DNA from: Candidatus Nanoarchaeia archaeon | GTDB lineage: Archaea > Nanobdellota > Nanobdellia > Pacearchaeales > GW2011-AR1 | Assembly (NCBI GenBank): GCA_035283785.1 | Contig: DATETG010000005.1 | Span: 2,902 to 66,901, forward strand | Reading direction: 5' to 3' | DNA: 64,000 bases | Shown: in pieces, positions 39,056 to 48,473 of the stretch | Layout of the letters: each line of letters starts with the position of its first letter | Numbering within the stretch: position 1 is the first letter of the stretch | The notes under the pieces: model-generated | Told to the model about the DNA's origin: nothing | Seen by the model: the letters and a program-made list of their open reading frames with translations, nothing else | The model's database searches: none | Translations under genes and position numbers: made by a program

Positions 39056-39919
39056 ATGAAAGGAAGTATCTTTATTTTAGTGATTGCGATCATATTTCTC
39101 TCAAGCAATGTTAGCGCTGTCTGCAATCTCGATGCTTCACTGATAAATCAAGATCCTTATCCGGCAATTCCCGGTGATTATGTAACAATTGTATTTCAGT
39201 TAGCAGGTGTTGAAAATCCAGATTGCAAAGACGTCTATTTTGAACTTATCGAGAATTATCCTCTAAAACTTGATCCAGGGGTATCTGCAAGTGTCAGCGT
39301 CAAAGCAGGAACATTTGTCGAAGACAGTTCTTCTTATCTAAAAATTCCTTACAAAGTGAGGATTGATGCAAATGCTTTAGATGGAAACCAAGAGATAAGT
39401 GTAAGGTACAGGTCTTCTGGTGCCCCATCCGGGACTTATACCATTGAAAAACTTAATCTAAATATCCAAGATGTGAAAACCGATTTTGAGGTGTTCATTA
39501 AAAACTATAATCCAAACACGGGAAAGATAACTTTTGAAATCCTAAATATCGGAAAAAATGACGTGGAGGCACTTACATTGTACATTCCTTCACAAGACAA
39601 CATTGTTGTAAGAGGAACGAGCACGAACATCATCGGATCTCTTGATTCGAATGACTACACCACGGCGGATTTTGACGCGCTTGCAAACAACGGAGAGATA
39701 AACATAACCCTGACTTATACAGATTCAATAAATGAAAGAAGAATACTGAAAAAGGTAATTGTTTTTGATTCTGCACCTTTCTACAACAAGATTGAATCAG
39801 AAAAGAAAACCCCGACTACCTATTATGTCGTAGGAGTGGTGATTGTTCTTGCAGTGGCATATTATTTTTACAGAAGACATAGGGAAAAGAAAAGGAAGGC
39901 GTTGCATCACCACAAGTAA
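39056..39919 (+). CDS. secreted surface protein with N-terminal signal peptide and C-terminal TM anchor plus basic tail
   Basis: MKGSIFILVIAIIFLSSNVSA signal. Beta-rich middle region. C-terminal VVGVVIVLAVAYYFYRRHREKKRK anchor. The upstream in-frame extension overlaps rpoN and was rejected. Confidence 0.4.
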   Translation: MKGSIFILVIAIIFLSSNVSAVCNLDASLINQDPYPAIPGDYVTIVFQLAGVENPDCKDVYFELIENYPLKLDPGVSASVSVKAGTFVEDSSSYLKIPYKVRIDANALDGNQEISVRYRSSGAPSGTYTIEKLNLNIQDVKTDFEVFIKNYNPNTGKITFEILNIGKNDVEALTLYIPSQDNIVVRGTSTNIIGSLDSNDYTTADFDALANNGEINITLTYTDSINERRILKKVIVFDSAPFYNKIESEKKTPTTYYVVGVVIVLAVAYYFYRRHREKKRKALHHHK

Positions 39920-39920
39920 A

Positions 39921-41126
39921 TCACTCATGTCTCAATGCCTCTACGGGATTTACTCTTGATGCGTTTATTGCAGGCACTACACCAGAAATTGCTCCGGTTA
40001 TTGTGGCAAATAAAACACATCCTACAAATAACTCAACCGAATAATATGGTGCCAAAAAACTCCATCCAAGATTAAAAAGAATTTTTCGTGCAATTTCCGT
40101 AAATAAAAATCCTCCCAGAACTCCCAAAATTCCCGAGATAAATCCCAACACTCCAGACTCAAAGAGGAAAAGATTGAACACCTCTATATTTCTAGCACCA
40201 ATAGATTTCAGAACACCTATCTCACTTGTTCTTTCAAGGACAGAGGTAATCATCGTGTTGGAGGTATTTATCGCCGAAACAATAACTGATATTAGTGCAA
40301 TCAAGATTACAAATCCTATAACAAATCCGAGTGCAGAAGTGTATGTCTCGAGAAGATCTTCAAATGAGGCCACAAAAAAATCTTCTTTGCCTTCCTCCAG
40401 ATTTCTAGAACTGCGAAGCTCTTTTTCAACATTATTTATCACTTGTGGAATATTTGTTGTATCAACTCTGGCAATTATCATACTGTACCCTCGTGAATCA
40501 TTGTAAATTTCCTTGAATTGCGTGTTTGTCATATAAACGGAAGAATCATCCTGTGGATTGCCCAACGATTCGTAAAACCCGACTATCTTTAAATTTTCAC
40601 CTTCAATCTTTATATTATCGTTAATGTCCAATGCCTTCGAAAAAATTTTGTTTTCTACCAAATAATTGTGGCCGAGAATAACTTTTCCTCTTTCGTTCTT
40701 TTCTAGATTTCTTCCTTTGAATATCTCCACATTGCTTAACTCTGTGAAGAGTTCCTTTTTAGGATCAAGCCCTGATGCAAAAACATATTTTTTTGTGCTA
40801 CCCTGACTGATTTCTGTAACTGTAAAACGCAACCCCGACGCTTCATAAACTCCTGACGTTTTTTCAACAGCTTTCAAATCGTCTTCTGTTAGGGCAAATG
40901 TATCGTCCAAACCAGGTGCACCGATGCCTCGTGGCTGAATAGTAATCTTGTCTGCAGATGAATCTGACACAAAACTGTTAATATAATTGTACAATCCAAA
41001 TCCAAAACTTACAAAGATGAATATTGTTGTGATCCCGATCAATATTGAAAATATTGTCAATATGCTTCTCGTTTTTCTTTTTTTCAAGTTTTCCAAAGAG
41101 TATCGCATTATTTCGTTGCTTATCAT
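39921..41126 (-). CDS. ABC transporter permease, FtsX/MacB family
   Basis: N-terminal TM, a large extracytoplasmic domain, and a C-terminal 3-TM FtsX-like module. In an operon with the ATPase. Confidence 0.75.
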   Translation of the reverse strand: MISNEIMRYSLENLKKRKTRSILTIFSILIGITTIFIFVSFGFGLYNYINSFVSDSSADKITIQPRGIGAPGLDDTFALTEDDLKAVEKTSGVYEASGLRFTVTEISQGSTKKYVFASGLDPKKELFTELSNVEIFKGRNLEKNERGKVILGHNYLVENKIFSKALDINDNIKIEGENLKIVGFYESLGNPQDDSSVYMTNTQFKEIYNDSRGYSMIIARVDTTNIPQVINNVEKELRSSRNLEEGKEDFFVASFEDLLETYTSALGFVIGFVILIALISVIVSAINTSNTMITSVLERTSEIGVLKSIGARNIEVFNLFLFESGVLGFISGILGVLGGFLFTEIARKILFNLGWSFLAPYYSVELFVGCVLFATITGAISGVVPAINASRVNPVEALRHE

Positions 41127-42340
41127 GCTCTAAGAGCCCCCACCGGATTTTCTTTTGCGGCGTTCATCGCAGGCACAACTCCCGAAATAGAACCTATCAA
41201 AAAACTGCCAACCAAAACCAAAAAAATCAAAGTGAAATCAAAATCCGGGCTTGCCGTGCTCCCAAGAAAGTTATTTAACAAACGTGTGCCAAGGTAACTT
41301 GCTCCTGTTCCAAGGAGCACTCCAAGGAGACCACTCATTGCACCGAGCATCCCTGCCTCGATAAAGAATTGATAAAAAATGTGTTCGTTTCTTGCACCAA
41401 TCGCCTTCATTGTTCCTATCTCTTTTCTTCTTTCAAGGACAGAAGTCATCATTGTATTTGCTATACCTACTGCTCCGACAAATATTGATATAGAGGCAAT
41501 CAACACAACAAAAATTTGTATGCCAAATATTATCTGATTTATTGACTCTAAAGTTGCCTGAGGAGTTGAAACCTGAAAGTCTTCTTCGCCCATTTTAACA
41601 TCGCGAGTTTTTCTGAGGAGTTTTTCAATGTCCTCCTTTGCCTCATCCATAAATTCTTTATCTGATACTTTGACCGCGATTAAATCAACTTCATCGCCAT
41701 AACCGACAAGCTCTTCCAAATCCTTCTCGTTGATCAAGATACTTCCATCAAGAATAAAACTTCCTTTTTTTTCCAATATTCCTACAACCTTAAATTCTTC
41801 GCCGTTTAGTTTTATTTTATCGCCGGTTTTTACATTTTTCTCAAATCCGTTTTTTTCTTTGTCAAGAAAATTGCTTCCTAATACAACCACTTTTCTCTCA
41901 CCATCTTCAATCAATCTTCCGGAAGAGGTCTTTAGATCAAGTATCTCATAAACATAATCCTTTTTTTCATCGTCCGGAATTGTTGCCGCCATGCTAAAAA
42001 CAACTTTATCGTTAAACTCCATTTTCACCGTTCTTATATTTCTCGGAATAGAAACTTCTACAGAATTTAATTTGCCGATTTCTTCCGAACCTTTTTTTGT
42101 CAGAGGCTTAGCGACACCACTTCCAGGAGGCCCGTAACCAGAAATCCCTCCCGCCTCGATGCTGATAATCTCCGTCGAACCAATGTCAAATTGCGCGTTG
42201 ACGGTGTCCTTTAAACTATTTCCAAGGCCAATCAAAGCAACAACTGCCGCAACCCCCACCAAGACACCGAAAAGCGTAAGCCAACTTCTAATTCCTCTGC
42301 GTTTTAGATTTTTTAATGACAGGATAAAATAATCTTTCAT
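41123..42340 (-). CDS. ABC transporter permease, FtsX/MacB family (second copy)
   Basis: Same architecture as 39921..41126 and paralogous to it. Confidence 0.75.
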   Translation of the reverse strand: MKDYFILSLKNLKRRGIRSWLTLFGVLVGVAAVVALIGLGNSLKDTVNAQFDIGSTEIISIEAGGISGYGPPGSGVAKPLTKKGSEEIGKLNSVEVSIPRNIRTVKMEFNDKVVFSMAATIPDDEKKDYVYEILDLKTSSGRLIEDGERKVVVLGSNFLDKEKNGFEKNVKTGDKIKLNGEEFKVVGILEKKGSFILDGSILINEKDLEELVGYGDEVDLIAVKVSDKEFMDEAKEDIEKLLRKTRDVKMGEEDFQVSTPQATLESINQIIFGIQIFVVLIASISIFVGAVGIANTMMTSVLERRKEIGTMKAIGARNEHIFYQFFIEAGMLGAMSGLLGVLLGTGASYLGTRLLNNFLGSTASPDFDFTLIFLVLVGSFLIGSISGVVPAMNAAKENPVGALRA

Positions 42341-43062
42341 TTTTCATTTTTTACTTTTCTCCATTTTCCTTTCACTTTTCTTGTAATCTTTTCAATTTGC
42401 CCGTCTTTCATCCAGTAAATTGTTCTTGCATGCTTCAGCGCAATTTCGGGTTCGTGCGTAATTATTATTACTGTTTTTCCATTCTTGTTCATATCGGAAA
42501 GAAAGTCCATTATCTTTACCCCTGTCTTTGTGTCTAAATTTCCGGTAGGCTCGTCCGCAAGAATTATCTCGGGATCATTTGCCAAAGCCCGCGCAATTGC
42601 AACTCTTTGTTGCTGTCCTCCGCTTAACTCAGATGGATAGTGATCTTCCCTGTCTTGAAGTTCCACAAGGTTCAAAAGTTCGCGTGCCTTTTCTTCTCTC
42701 TCCCATTCTTCTGTTCCCTGAAAAATCATTGGAAGTATGATGTTCTCCTTGGCAGTAAGATTCGGAATTAGATTGAACTGCTGAAAAATAAATCCTATCT
42801 TCTTGCCCCTTACCTGGGCCAAATCAGATTCGCTCAAATGAGAGACGTTGTGTCTATCCAAAAAAACTTTCCCTCTTGAGGGGACATCCAGGCTGCCTAT
42901 GAGATTCATACCTGTGCTTTTTCCGCTACCGCTCGGACCCATTATGGCTATAAAATCTCCTTTTGATATTTTCAGACTAACATCTTTCAGGGCGATAACC
43001 TGGTTTTCCTCGCCTTCCTTGTAAATTTTCCAGACATCTTTCAGGGCGATAACGTCTTTCAT
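42337..43062 (-). CDS. ABC transporter ATP-binding protein (MacB/LolD-like)
   Basis: Walker A GPSGSGKST, signature LSGGQQQRVAIARAL, Walker B ILADEPTGNLD. Confidence 0.9.
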   Translation of the reverse strand: MKDVIALKDVWKIYKEGEENQVIALKDVSLKISKGDFIAIMGPSGSGKSTGMNLIGSLDVPSRGKVFLDRHNVSHLSESDLAQVRGKKIGFIFQQFNLIPNLTAKENIILPMIFQGTEEWEREEKARELLNLVELQDREDHYPSELSGGQQQRVAIARALANDPEIILADEPTGNLDTKTGVKIMDFLSDMNKNGKTVIIITHEPEIALKHARTIYWMKDGQIEKITRKVKGKWRKVKNEK

Positions 43063-43206
43063 CTAAACAAAACGTAATTCTCTTTAAAATACTTTTCCAC
43101 TCTTAGGCTTTGCATATTAAGTAATTCTTGCGCAAAAAGTGGTTTAGTTATTGTGCAAAGCCCCACTCTTAGATACCTTTTTAAATTAAATTTATGTGAG
43201 TAAAAT

Positions 43207-43473
43207 ATGAAAACAAAATTGAAATACAAGACCAGAGTTTCCTTTAGCAAGCACTTTCAAAAATTCCAAAACGGAGAAATAGTTGCCGTCATAAAAAAAC
43301 CATCAGTAACAGCGAGTTTTCCCGGGAGATTACATGGGCAAACAGGAGTCATTGACGGAAAAGTTGGAAAGGCATATGTTGTCAGGATAAACGGGAAAAA
43401 AAGAGACAAAAAGTTCATCGTAATGCCAATACATTTAAAAAAAATAAATGCCAATCCGATTGAGACAAAATGA
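43207..43473 (+). CDS. rpl21e: 50S ribosomal protein L21e
   Basis: GEIVAVIKKPS...PGRLHGQTGVIDGKVGKAYVVRINGKKRDKKFIVMPIHLKK matches the L21e pattern (G..V.I...YHGKTG.V...V.V...HL). Confidence 0.7.
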   Translation: MKTKLKYKTRVSFSKHFQKFQNGEIVAVIKKPSVTASFPGRLHGQTGVIDGKVGKAYVVRINGKKRDKKFIVMPIHLKKINANPIETK

Positions 43474-43769
43474 TAAAGAACAGAGAAATGCTCAGCATGG
43501 CGGAAGCGGAAGAATTGATAAAAAAATCCGGCGGAAGCGAAGAAACGGCAGGTTTCATTAAAAAATTCACAAAGATATCTGCGAAAGATGCGCGAGAAAT
43601 GAGAAAAAAACTCTCTGATCTCGGGATAATGAAGTTAAAAGAAGAGCAGACTGTGAAGATAACAGATTTTCTTCCCGAAACAGGAGAGGAATTAAACAAA
43701 ATTTTTACTGGAAATTTAAGCGAAGATGAGACATCAAAAATACTCGACACAGTTAAACAATTCATATAA
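43470..43769 (+). CDS. rpoF: DNA-directed RNA polymerase subunit F (Rpo4)
   Basis: About 100 aa with the pattern AEAEELIKK...AREMRKKLSDLGIMKL...ITDFLPET. It sits between L21e and DUF655, the conserved archaeal gene order. Confidence 0.55.
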   Translation: MIKNREMLSMAEAEELIKKSGGSEETAGFIKKFTKISAKDAREMRKKLSDLGIMKLKEEQTVKITDFLPETGEELNKIFTGNLSEDETSKILDTVKQFI

Positions 43770-43774
43770 GGAAA

Positions 43775-44308
43775 ATGGAAAAAGAAGAACACGCAATAAT
43801 CTTAGATTATCTACCAAACGGATATCCTCTAGAGAAGAAAATGATGCCAATCGCCCAGGCAATTGGGGAATCAAAATTAGTTCTGCTGGAACTTATCCCT
43901 CGAAGGGGAATTTCGCTTGAGCCAGGGGAAAAAGTTTACATTGGCGACGGCAAGAGAGACAAAATATACTACATCTTCGGAAGATTAAAGAATGAGAAAA
44001 TAACAGAACAGGCAAAGGACAGACTTCAGGAATTTATTGAGAAGATAGTCAAAGAAAGAGAAAAGGAATTTGTGGCTTTTTTCAACAAGGCAGAGCCCAT
44101 AAACAAAAGAATACACCAAATTGAGCTTCTTCCCGGACTTGGGAAAAAATATGTTAAGGGGATACTAGAGGAAAGAAATAAAAAGGACTTTGAGTCCTTT
44201 GAAGAGATGAAAAAACGGATAACAAATCTCCCATTTCCTGAAAAGACAATTGAAAAAAGAATACTCCTTGAACTAACAGGAGACGAAAGATATCACCTTT
44301 TCACATAA
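43775..44308 (+). CDS. DUF655-family RNA-binding protein (conserved archaeal partner of rpoF)
   Basis: Position is conserved downstream of rpl21e-rpoF. Lys/Glu-rich 177-aa protein. Confidence 0.5.
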   Translation: MEKEEHAIILDYLPNGYPLEKKMMPIAQAIGESKLVLLELIPRRGISLEPGEKVYIGDGKRDKIYYIFGRLKNEKITEQAKDRLQEFIEKIVKEREKEFVAFFNKAEPINKRIHQIELLPGLGKKYVKGILEERNKKDFESFEEMKKRITNLPFPEKTIEKRILLELTGDERYHLFT

Positions 44309-44311
44309 AAA

Positions 44312-44773
44312 ATGGAACAAAAAATAGATAAAAAAGTTGAAGAAAGAATAGTCAGAATTTTGTCGACAGACATAGAAGGAGGCATGAAAATTTTTCCAGG
44401 GCTTACAAAAATAAAAGGAATATCTTGGGCGGTTTCAAACGCGATATGCAAAAACCTGGACATGGACAAAAACAGAAAGATAGGTTCTCTCACAGAAGCA
44501 GACATAAAAAAAATCTCGGAGTTCATGAAAAATCCAAAAATGTCGCAATTTTTGTTCAACAGAAAATTTGATTTTGAAACCGGGGAAAGAAAACATCTCA
44601 TAGGCACAGATCTTGAGTTGAAAAAAGAGTTTGACATAAAACGATTAAAAAAAATAAAGAGCTACAGGGGGTTCAGGCACACTCTTGGATTACCGTCGAG
44701 AGGCCAGAGAACAAAGGGAAATTTCAGAAGAAACAGGGCAAAAAGCGTCGGAATAAAAAAGAAATCAAAATAA
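44312..44773 (+). CDS. rps13: 30S ribosomal protein S13 (uS13)
   Basis: ILSTDIEGGMKIFPGLTKIKGIS...KHLIGTDLEL...IKSYRGFRHTLGLPSRGQRTK is the canonical S13 sequence. Confidence 0.9.
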   Translation: MEQKIDKKVEERIVRILSTDIEGGMKIFPGLTKIKGISWAVSNAICKNLDMDKNRKIGSLTEADIKKISEFMKNPKMSQFLFNRKFDFETGERKHLIGTDLELKKEFDIKRLKKIKSYRGFRHTLGLPSRGQRTKGNFRRNRAKSVGIKKKSK

Positions 44774-44774
44774 A

Positions 44775-45131
44775 ATGAAAAGTATAGAAAAAACCAAAAC
44801 AGGAAAGGAAATAGTTCATCTTGAAAATAATGGTGATGCTTTGAAAATTAAAGAGGGAGACATAGTAAAACTTGTTGATGTTTCAATTAATAATGACAGA
44901 TTCTCCGGACCACTCTTAGGAATAAGTTTAAGTGAATCTGGAGTAGGGGCGTTGTATTTTTTGGTGAGAAATGAAGATAAAATTTCTAGTTTTTTTGCAG
45001 TAGACAGAATTTGGAGAGTTGATAATGATGGTAGATTTGAAGTGTGCTTTAGAGATGAAATTGGTAAGTATGAAACAACTCATCCTAATTATCAAGAATA
45101 TCTAAAAATGTTAGAAGAGGCAGGAGTATAA
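44775..45131 (+). CDS. hypothetical protein inserted between rps13 and rps4
   Basis: 118-aa ORF with tight spacing in the ribosomal operon. No motif recognised. Confidence 0.3.
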   Translation: MKSIEKTKTGKEIVHLENNGDALKIKEGDIVKLVDVSINNDRFSGPLLGISLSESGVGALYFLVRNEDKISSFFAVDRIWRVDNDGRFEVCFRDEIGKYETTHPNYQEYLKMLEEAGV

Positions 45132-45626
45132 ATGAAAAGAAAACACAAGCAATATTCGAGGCCAAAGAAGCGTTTTGAAAAGGCGAGAATACTTGAAGAG
45201 GAAAACATAAAAAAAGAATTCGGGCTGAAAAACAAAAAGGAAATCTGGAAATCGGAAGAGAAGGTAAAAATCATGAGGCGAAGGGCAAAAGACTTAATCT
45301 CCTCCAATCCCGATGAGCAAAAAGTTTTTTTTGCGCGCCTGAAAAAAATAGGGTTGAATGTAAATTCAATCGGGGATGTTCTTTCATTGGACAAGAAAGA
45401 TTATCTCAAGAGAAGATTGCAAACTCTTGTTCTGGCAAAAAAACTCGCGACAACTCCGAAGGGGGCGCGACAACTTATAGTTCACAAAAAAGTTCTTGTG
45501 AACGGCAATACAATCGACAGCCCATCATATGTTGTTCCAGTTGAACTGGAAAATGCAATAACTTTGAAAATTAATGGTGGTAAGACAAAACAATCCTCGG
45601 GCAATGCAAAGGAGGACGAAGAATGA
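45132..45626 (+). CDS. rps4: 30S ribosomal protein S4 (uS4)
   Basis: N-terminal KRKHKQYSRPKKRFEKARI, followed by an S4 RNA-binding domain. Confidence 0.9.
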   Translation: MKRKHKQYSRPKKRFEKARILEEENIKKEFGLKNKKEIWKSEEKVKIMRRRAKDLISSNPDEQKVFFARLKKIGLNVNSIGDVLSLDKKDYLKRRLQTLVLAKKLATTPKGARQLIVHKKVLVNGNTIDSPSYVVPVELENAITLKINGGKTKQSSGNAKEDEE

Positions 45627-46060
45627 TAAAACAAGAAATTGAATCCGGAGATGAGGAAGTATTGGAAAAGAAAGATTCAAAAAAGAAAGAGTATGAGGCT
45701 GTTGTGAACATATACACCTCTTTCAACAACACGATTGTTCATGTAACAGATATGTCAGGAAAAACAATTTCAAAAGTAACAGGGGGGATGGTGACAAAGC
45801 ATGACAGACTAAAGGCAAATCCAACAATAGCAATGTTCATAGCAAAAAAAATATCTGAAAACATCAAGGACCTTGGGATAAGAAATCTTTATGTAAGAAT
45901 TCGGGCAAAGACAAGGAACCCTGCACCCGGGCCTGGAACAAGCGCAATAATAAAAAGCTTGTCAAGAGAAGGGTTTAAAATTCTAAACATACTTGACACA
46001 ACAAGGGTTCCTCGCGGAGGTCCTAAGAAAAAGGGTGGACGCAGAGGAAGAAGAGTATAA
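45623..46060 (+). CDS. rps11: 30S ribosomal protein S11 (uS11)
   Basis: C-terminal IRNLYVRIRAKTRNPAPGPGTSAIIKSLSREGFKI...TRVPRGGPKKKGGRRGRRV. Confidence 0.9.
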   Translation: MIKQEIESGDEEVLEKKDSKKKEYEAVVNIYTSFNNTIVHVTDMSGKTISKVTGGMVTKHDRLKANPTIAMFIAKKISENIKDLGIRNLYVRIRAKTRNPAPGPGTSAIIKSLSREGFKILNILDTTRVPRGGPKKKGGRRGRRV

Positions 46061-46072
46061 ATCGGAGAAAAA

Positions 46073-46780
46073 ATGAAAATAATAAAAAACGATGAGAACA
46101 CGATAACATTCAGTGCAGAAATTGAAGAGCCGTTGGCAAATTCAATCAGAAGATATGTGGGCCAAATTCCCGTACTTGCAATTGATGAAGTTGAAATCTC
46201 AAGAAATGATTCTCCTCTTTATGATGAGACAATAGCACATCGTCTTGGACTTATACCCATAACATCCAACAAGGTCAGTGATAAAAAAACACCTACTGCA
46301 AAACTCAAGGTAAAAAACGAAGGATATGTAAATTCTCAAGACATCAAGGGAGTCGACATTATTTACAAAAATATGCCTATAACTTTTCTCAACAAGGGGC
46401 AGGAAATTGAACTTGAAGCAACAACAAGATTTGGAATGGGTTCAGAGCATTCAAAATTCTCACCCGGAACAATGTTCTACAGAAAGGTCTTGGAGATTTC
46501 AATGGATAAAAAGTTCAAAGATGCTATAAAAGACATCTTGCCTGAAGTAAATATAAAAGAATCCGGAAACAAGATAACAATCATTGACGACGGGAAAAAG
46601 GAAATTACAGACATCATTGAGGGAATCTCAAGAAAGGCCGGTGCAACAGCAGAGATTGAACCAAAAGACTCGCTTGTAATAAGTATTGAATCATTCGGGC
46701 AGATTCCTGCAAAAGAAATCTTCAAAAAGTCAATTGAAGAACTGAAAAGCGACCTTAAAGATTTCTCCAAGAAAATCTGA
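46073..46780 (+). CDS. rpoD: DNA-directed RNA polymerase subunit D (Rpo3)
   Basis: Conserved position after S11. N-terminal ...FSAEIEEPLANSIRRY... dimerisation domain. 235 aa. Confidence 0.85.
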   Translation: MKIIKNDENTITFSAEIEEPLANSIRRYVGQIPVLAIDEVEISRNDSPLYDETIAHRLGLIPITSNKVSDKKTPTAKLKVKNEGYVNSQDIKGVDIIYKNMPITFLNKGQEIELEATTRFGMGSEHSKFSPGTMFYRKVLEISMDKKFKDAIKDILPEVNIKESGNKITIIDDGKKEITDIIEGISRKAGATAEIEPKDSLVISIESFGQIPAKEIFKKSIEELKSDLKDFSKKI

Positions 46781-46820
46781 TTCTAAAACTTTTTAACCCG
46801 CAAAACTTATTCTTTTTTAT

Positions 46821-46904
46821 GCGGGAGTGCCGGAGCGGTCAAACGGGCTGGATTAAGGCTCCAGTAGCTTAGTGCTTGCGAAGGTTCGAATCCTTTCTCC
46901 CGCA
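46821..46904 (+). tRNA. class II tRNA (Leu-type, long variable arm) with an atypical anticodon loop UUAAGGC; the anticodon reads AAG or a shifted UAA
   Basis: Acceptor GCGGGAG/CUCCCGC, anticodon stem CUGGA/UCCAG (perfect), loop TTAAGGC, long variable arm, T-arm GAAGG-UUCGAAU-CCUUU, discriminator A. Confidence 0.7.
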
Positions 46905-47263
46905 TACCAGGAGAAAGGCGTTCTCCTTAGGATAACCTCTCCTCCTTTTGCGCTGAAGCAAAAATAATAGGGGATGAGAACCGTGAAGGTTCGAATCACT
47001 TAAACAAGCTGTGTGATGCAGAGTCGCGTGAAGTGTTTTAGTCCTAGAAAATTTTCAATTTTCTGAGCTTTCTCCCACATAGTAATTATGCATAAACTTC
47101 TCGCTAAACGTCAAACTTTATAAACCCAAATCTTCTGTGCTTTTTATCTGCGAGTTAACGCGATAGCAGAGAAAGAATTTTTCTCTGTAAATCCTTGTAA
47201 AGACTTTCTTCGGAGGCAAAGAAAGAAAGTCGCTTGAGGGATAAAAAACCGTAGGTTTTTAGA

Positions 47264-47641
47264 ATGAAAAGCAAAACAAAAATTTCAAAACAATTGAAAA
47301 GAAAAACAAATGCGAATTTTATCAAAGATATTTTGGAATCAAAGAAAAATCCGTCGTGGCTGAATGTTGCAAACATTCTCTCTTATCCTCGAAGAAAAAG
47401 AATGGAGATAAATCTTGACAAAATAAACGATGCATCAAAGGAAGGAGAAACAATTCTTGTTCCGGGAAAGGTTCTCTCCCAAGGAAACATTGAGAAAAAA
47501 ATAAAGATTATTGCAATGGGTTTTTCAAAGGCAGCTATGGAAAAACTCTCGAGCTCAAAAACTGAATTTTCACTGATATCTGAAGAAATTAAAAAAAATC
47601 CTCAAGCAAAGGGGATACGGATATTAAATACTGGAAAATGA
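47264..47641 (+). CDS. rpl18e: 50S ribosomal protein L18e
   Basis: N-terminal basic region (KSKTKISKQLKRKTN), then ...LSYPRRKR.... Conserved position before L13. Confidence 0.8.
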   Translation: MKSKTKISKQLKRKTNANFIKDILESKKNPSWLNVANILSYPRRKRMEINLDKINDASKEGETILVPGKVLSQGNIEKKIKIIAMGFSKAAMEKLSSSKTEFSLISEEIKKNPQAKGIRILNTGK

Positions 47642-48036
47642 CAATAATCATCGACGGAAAAAACGCTGTTCTTGGAAGAATCGCAAGTTTTGCCGCAAAA
47701 AAAGCGCTGGGCGGAGAGGAAGTCGCAGTCCTGAATTGCGAAGAAGTTATAATCTCCGGCAACAGAAAAGATATTCAAAAAAAATACAAGGAGAAGAGAG
47801 ATAAAGTCGGGAGCGGACAAAAAGGACCAAAAATTTCCAGAACTTCGGAGCAGATTGTGAGAAGAGCAATAAGAGGCATGCTGCCACACGCAAGCAGAGG
47901 AAGAGGCAAGGAAGCATTCAAAAAGATAAAATGTTACAAAGGTACCCCAAAAGAATTTGAAGATTCAAAGAAAATTAATCTTGAGGGAAAAATTAGAATG
48001 AAATTTATAAGGGTCAAGGAGGTCTACACAGAATGA
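47638..48036 (+). CDS. rpl13: 50S ribosomal protein L13 (uL13)
   Basis: IIDGKNAVLGRIASFAAKKAL...VAVLNCEEVIISGN is canonical L13. Confidence 0.9.
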   Translation: MTIIIDGKNAVLGRIASFAAKKALGGEEVAVLNCEEVIISGNRKDIQKKYKEKRDKVGSGQKGPKISRTSEQIVRRAIRGMLPHASRGRGKEAFKKIKCYKGTPKEFEDSKKINLEGKIRMKFIRVKEVYTE

Positions 48037-48434
48037 ATCAAATAGTCACATCGGGGAAAAGAAAAACATCAATAGCCAAGGCCGTGCTAAAAGAAGGCTC
48101 GGGCAAAGTGACAATAAACAAAAAAAATTACAACGTGCTTTCTTTTTTTGACAAATTGAAAATTGAGGAGCCATTGAGGATTTCCAACGAGGTCTTGGGA
48201 AAACTTAATTTTGATGTTGTAATAACTGTTCATGGCGGAGGAGAAAAATCACAGATAGAAGCATCCAGGCTTGCATTGGCAAGAGCAATAAGCAATTTTT
48301 CAAAATCGGAAAAACTCACAAAAGCCTTTTTGAATTATGACAGAAATCTTCTTGTTGCCGACGTGAGAAGAAAAGAGACATACAAACCCGGAGACAGCAA
48401 AGCCAGAAGAAAAAGGCAGAAGTCATTTAGGTAG
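48033..48434 (+). CDS. rps9: 30S ribosomal protein S9 (uS9)
   Basis: TSGKRKTSIAKAVLKEGSGKVTIN at the N-terminus and a C-terminal ...ARRKRQKSFR. Confidence 0.9.
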   Translation: MNQIVTSGKRKTSIAKAVLKEGSGKVTINKKNYNVLSFFDKLKIEEPLRISNEVLGKLNFDVVITVHGGGEKSQIEASRLALARAISNFSKSEKLTKAFLNYDRNLLVADVRRKETYKPGDSKARRKRQKSFR

Positions 48435-48473
48435 TTTTATAAAACATTTTTACTTATCTTTGCTGATTGGAAA

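Noticed and set aside
43059-43250. 63-aa minus-strand ORF between the ABC ATPase and rpl21e
   Set aside because: It overlaps the L21e start and its promoter region. Its composition is low-complexity.
46960-47010. Split or half tRNA suggested by the GGTTCGAATC T-loop-like motif
   Set aside because: No acceptor/T-stem pairing could be built around it. It is probably a coincidental motif or a decayed remnant.
46905-47263. RNase P RNA or SRP RNA in the intergenic region after the tRNA
   Set aside because: I could not find the universal CR-I (GGAAAGUCCGGGC) or CR-IV (ACAGAANCCGGCUUA) blocks, nor an SRP helix-8 motif, by eye. I kept it only as an unexplained ncRNA candidate.
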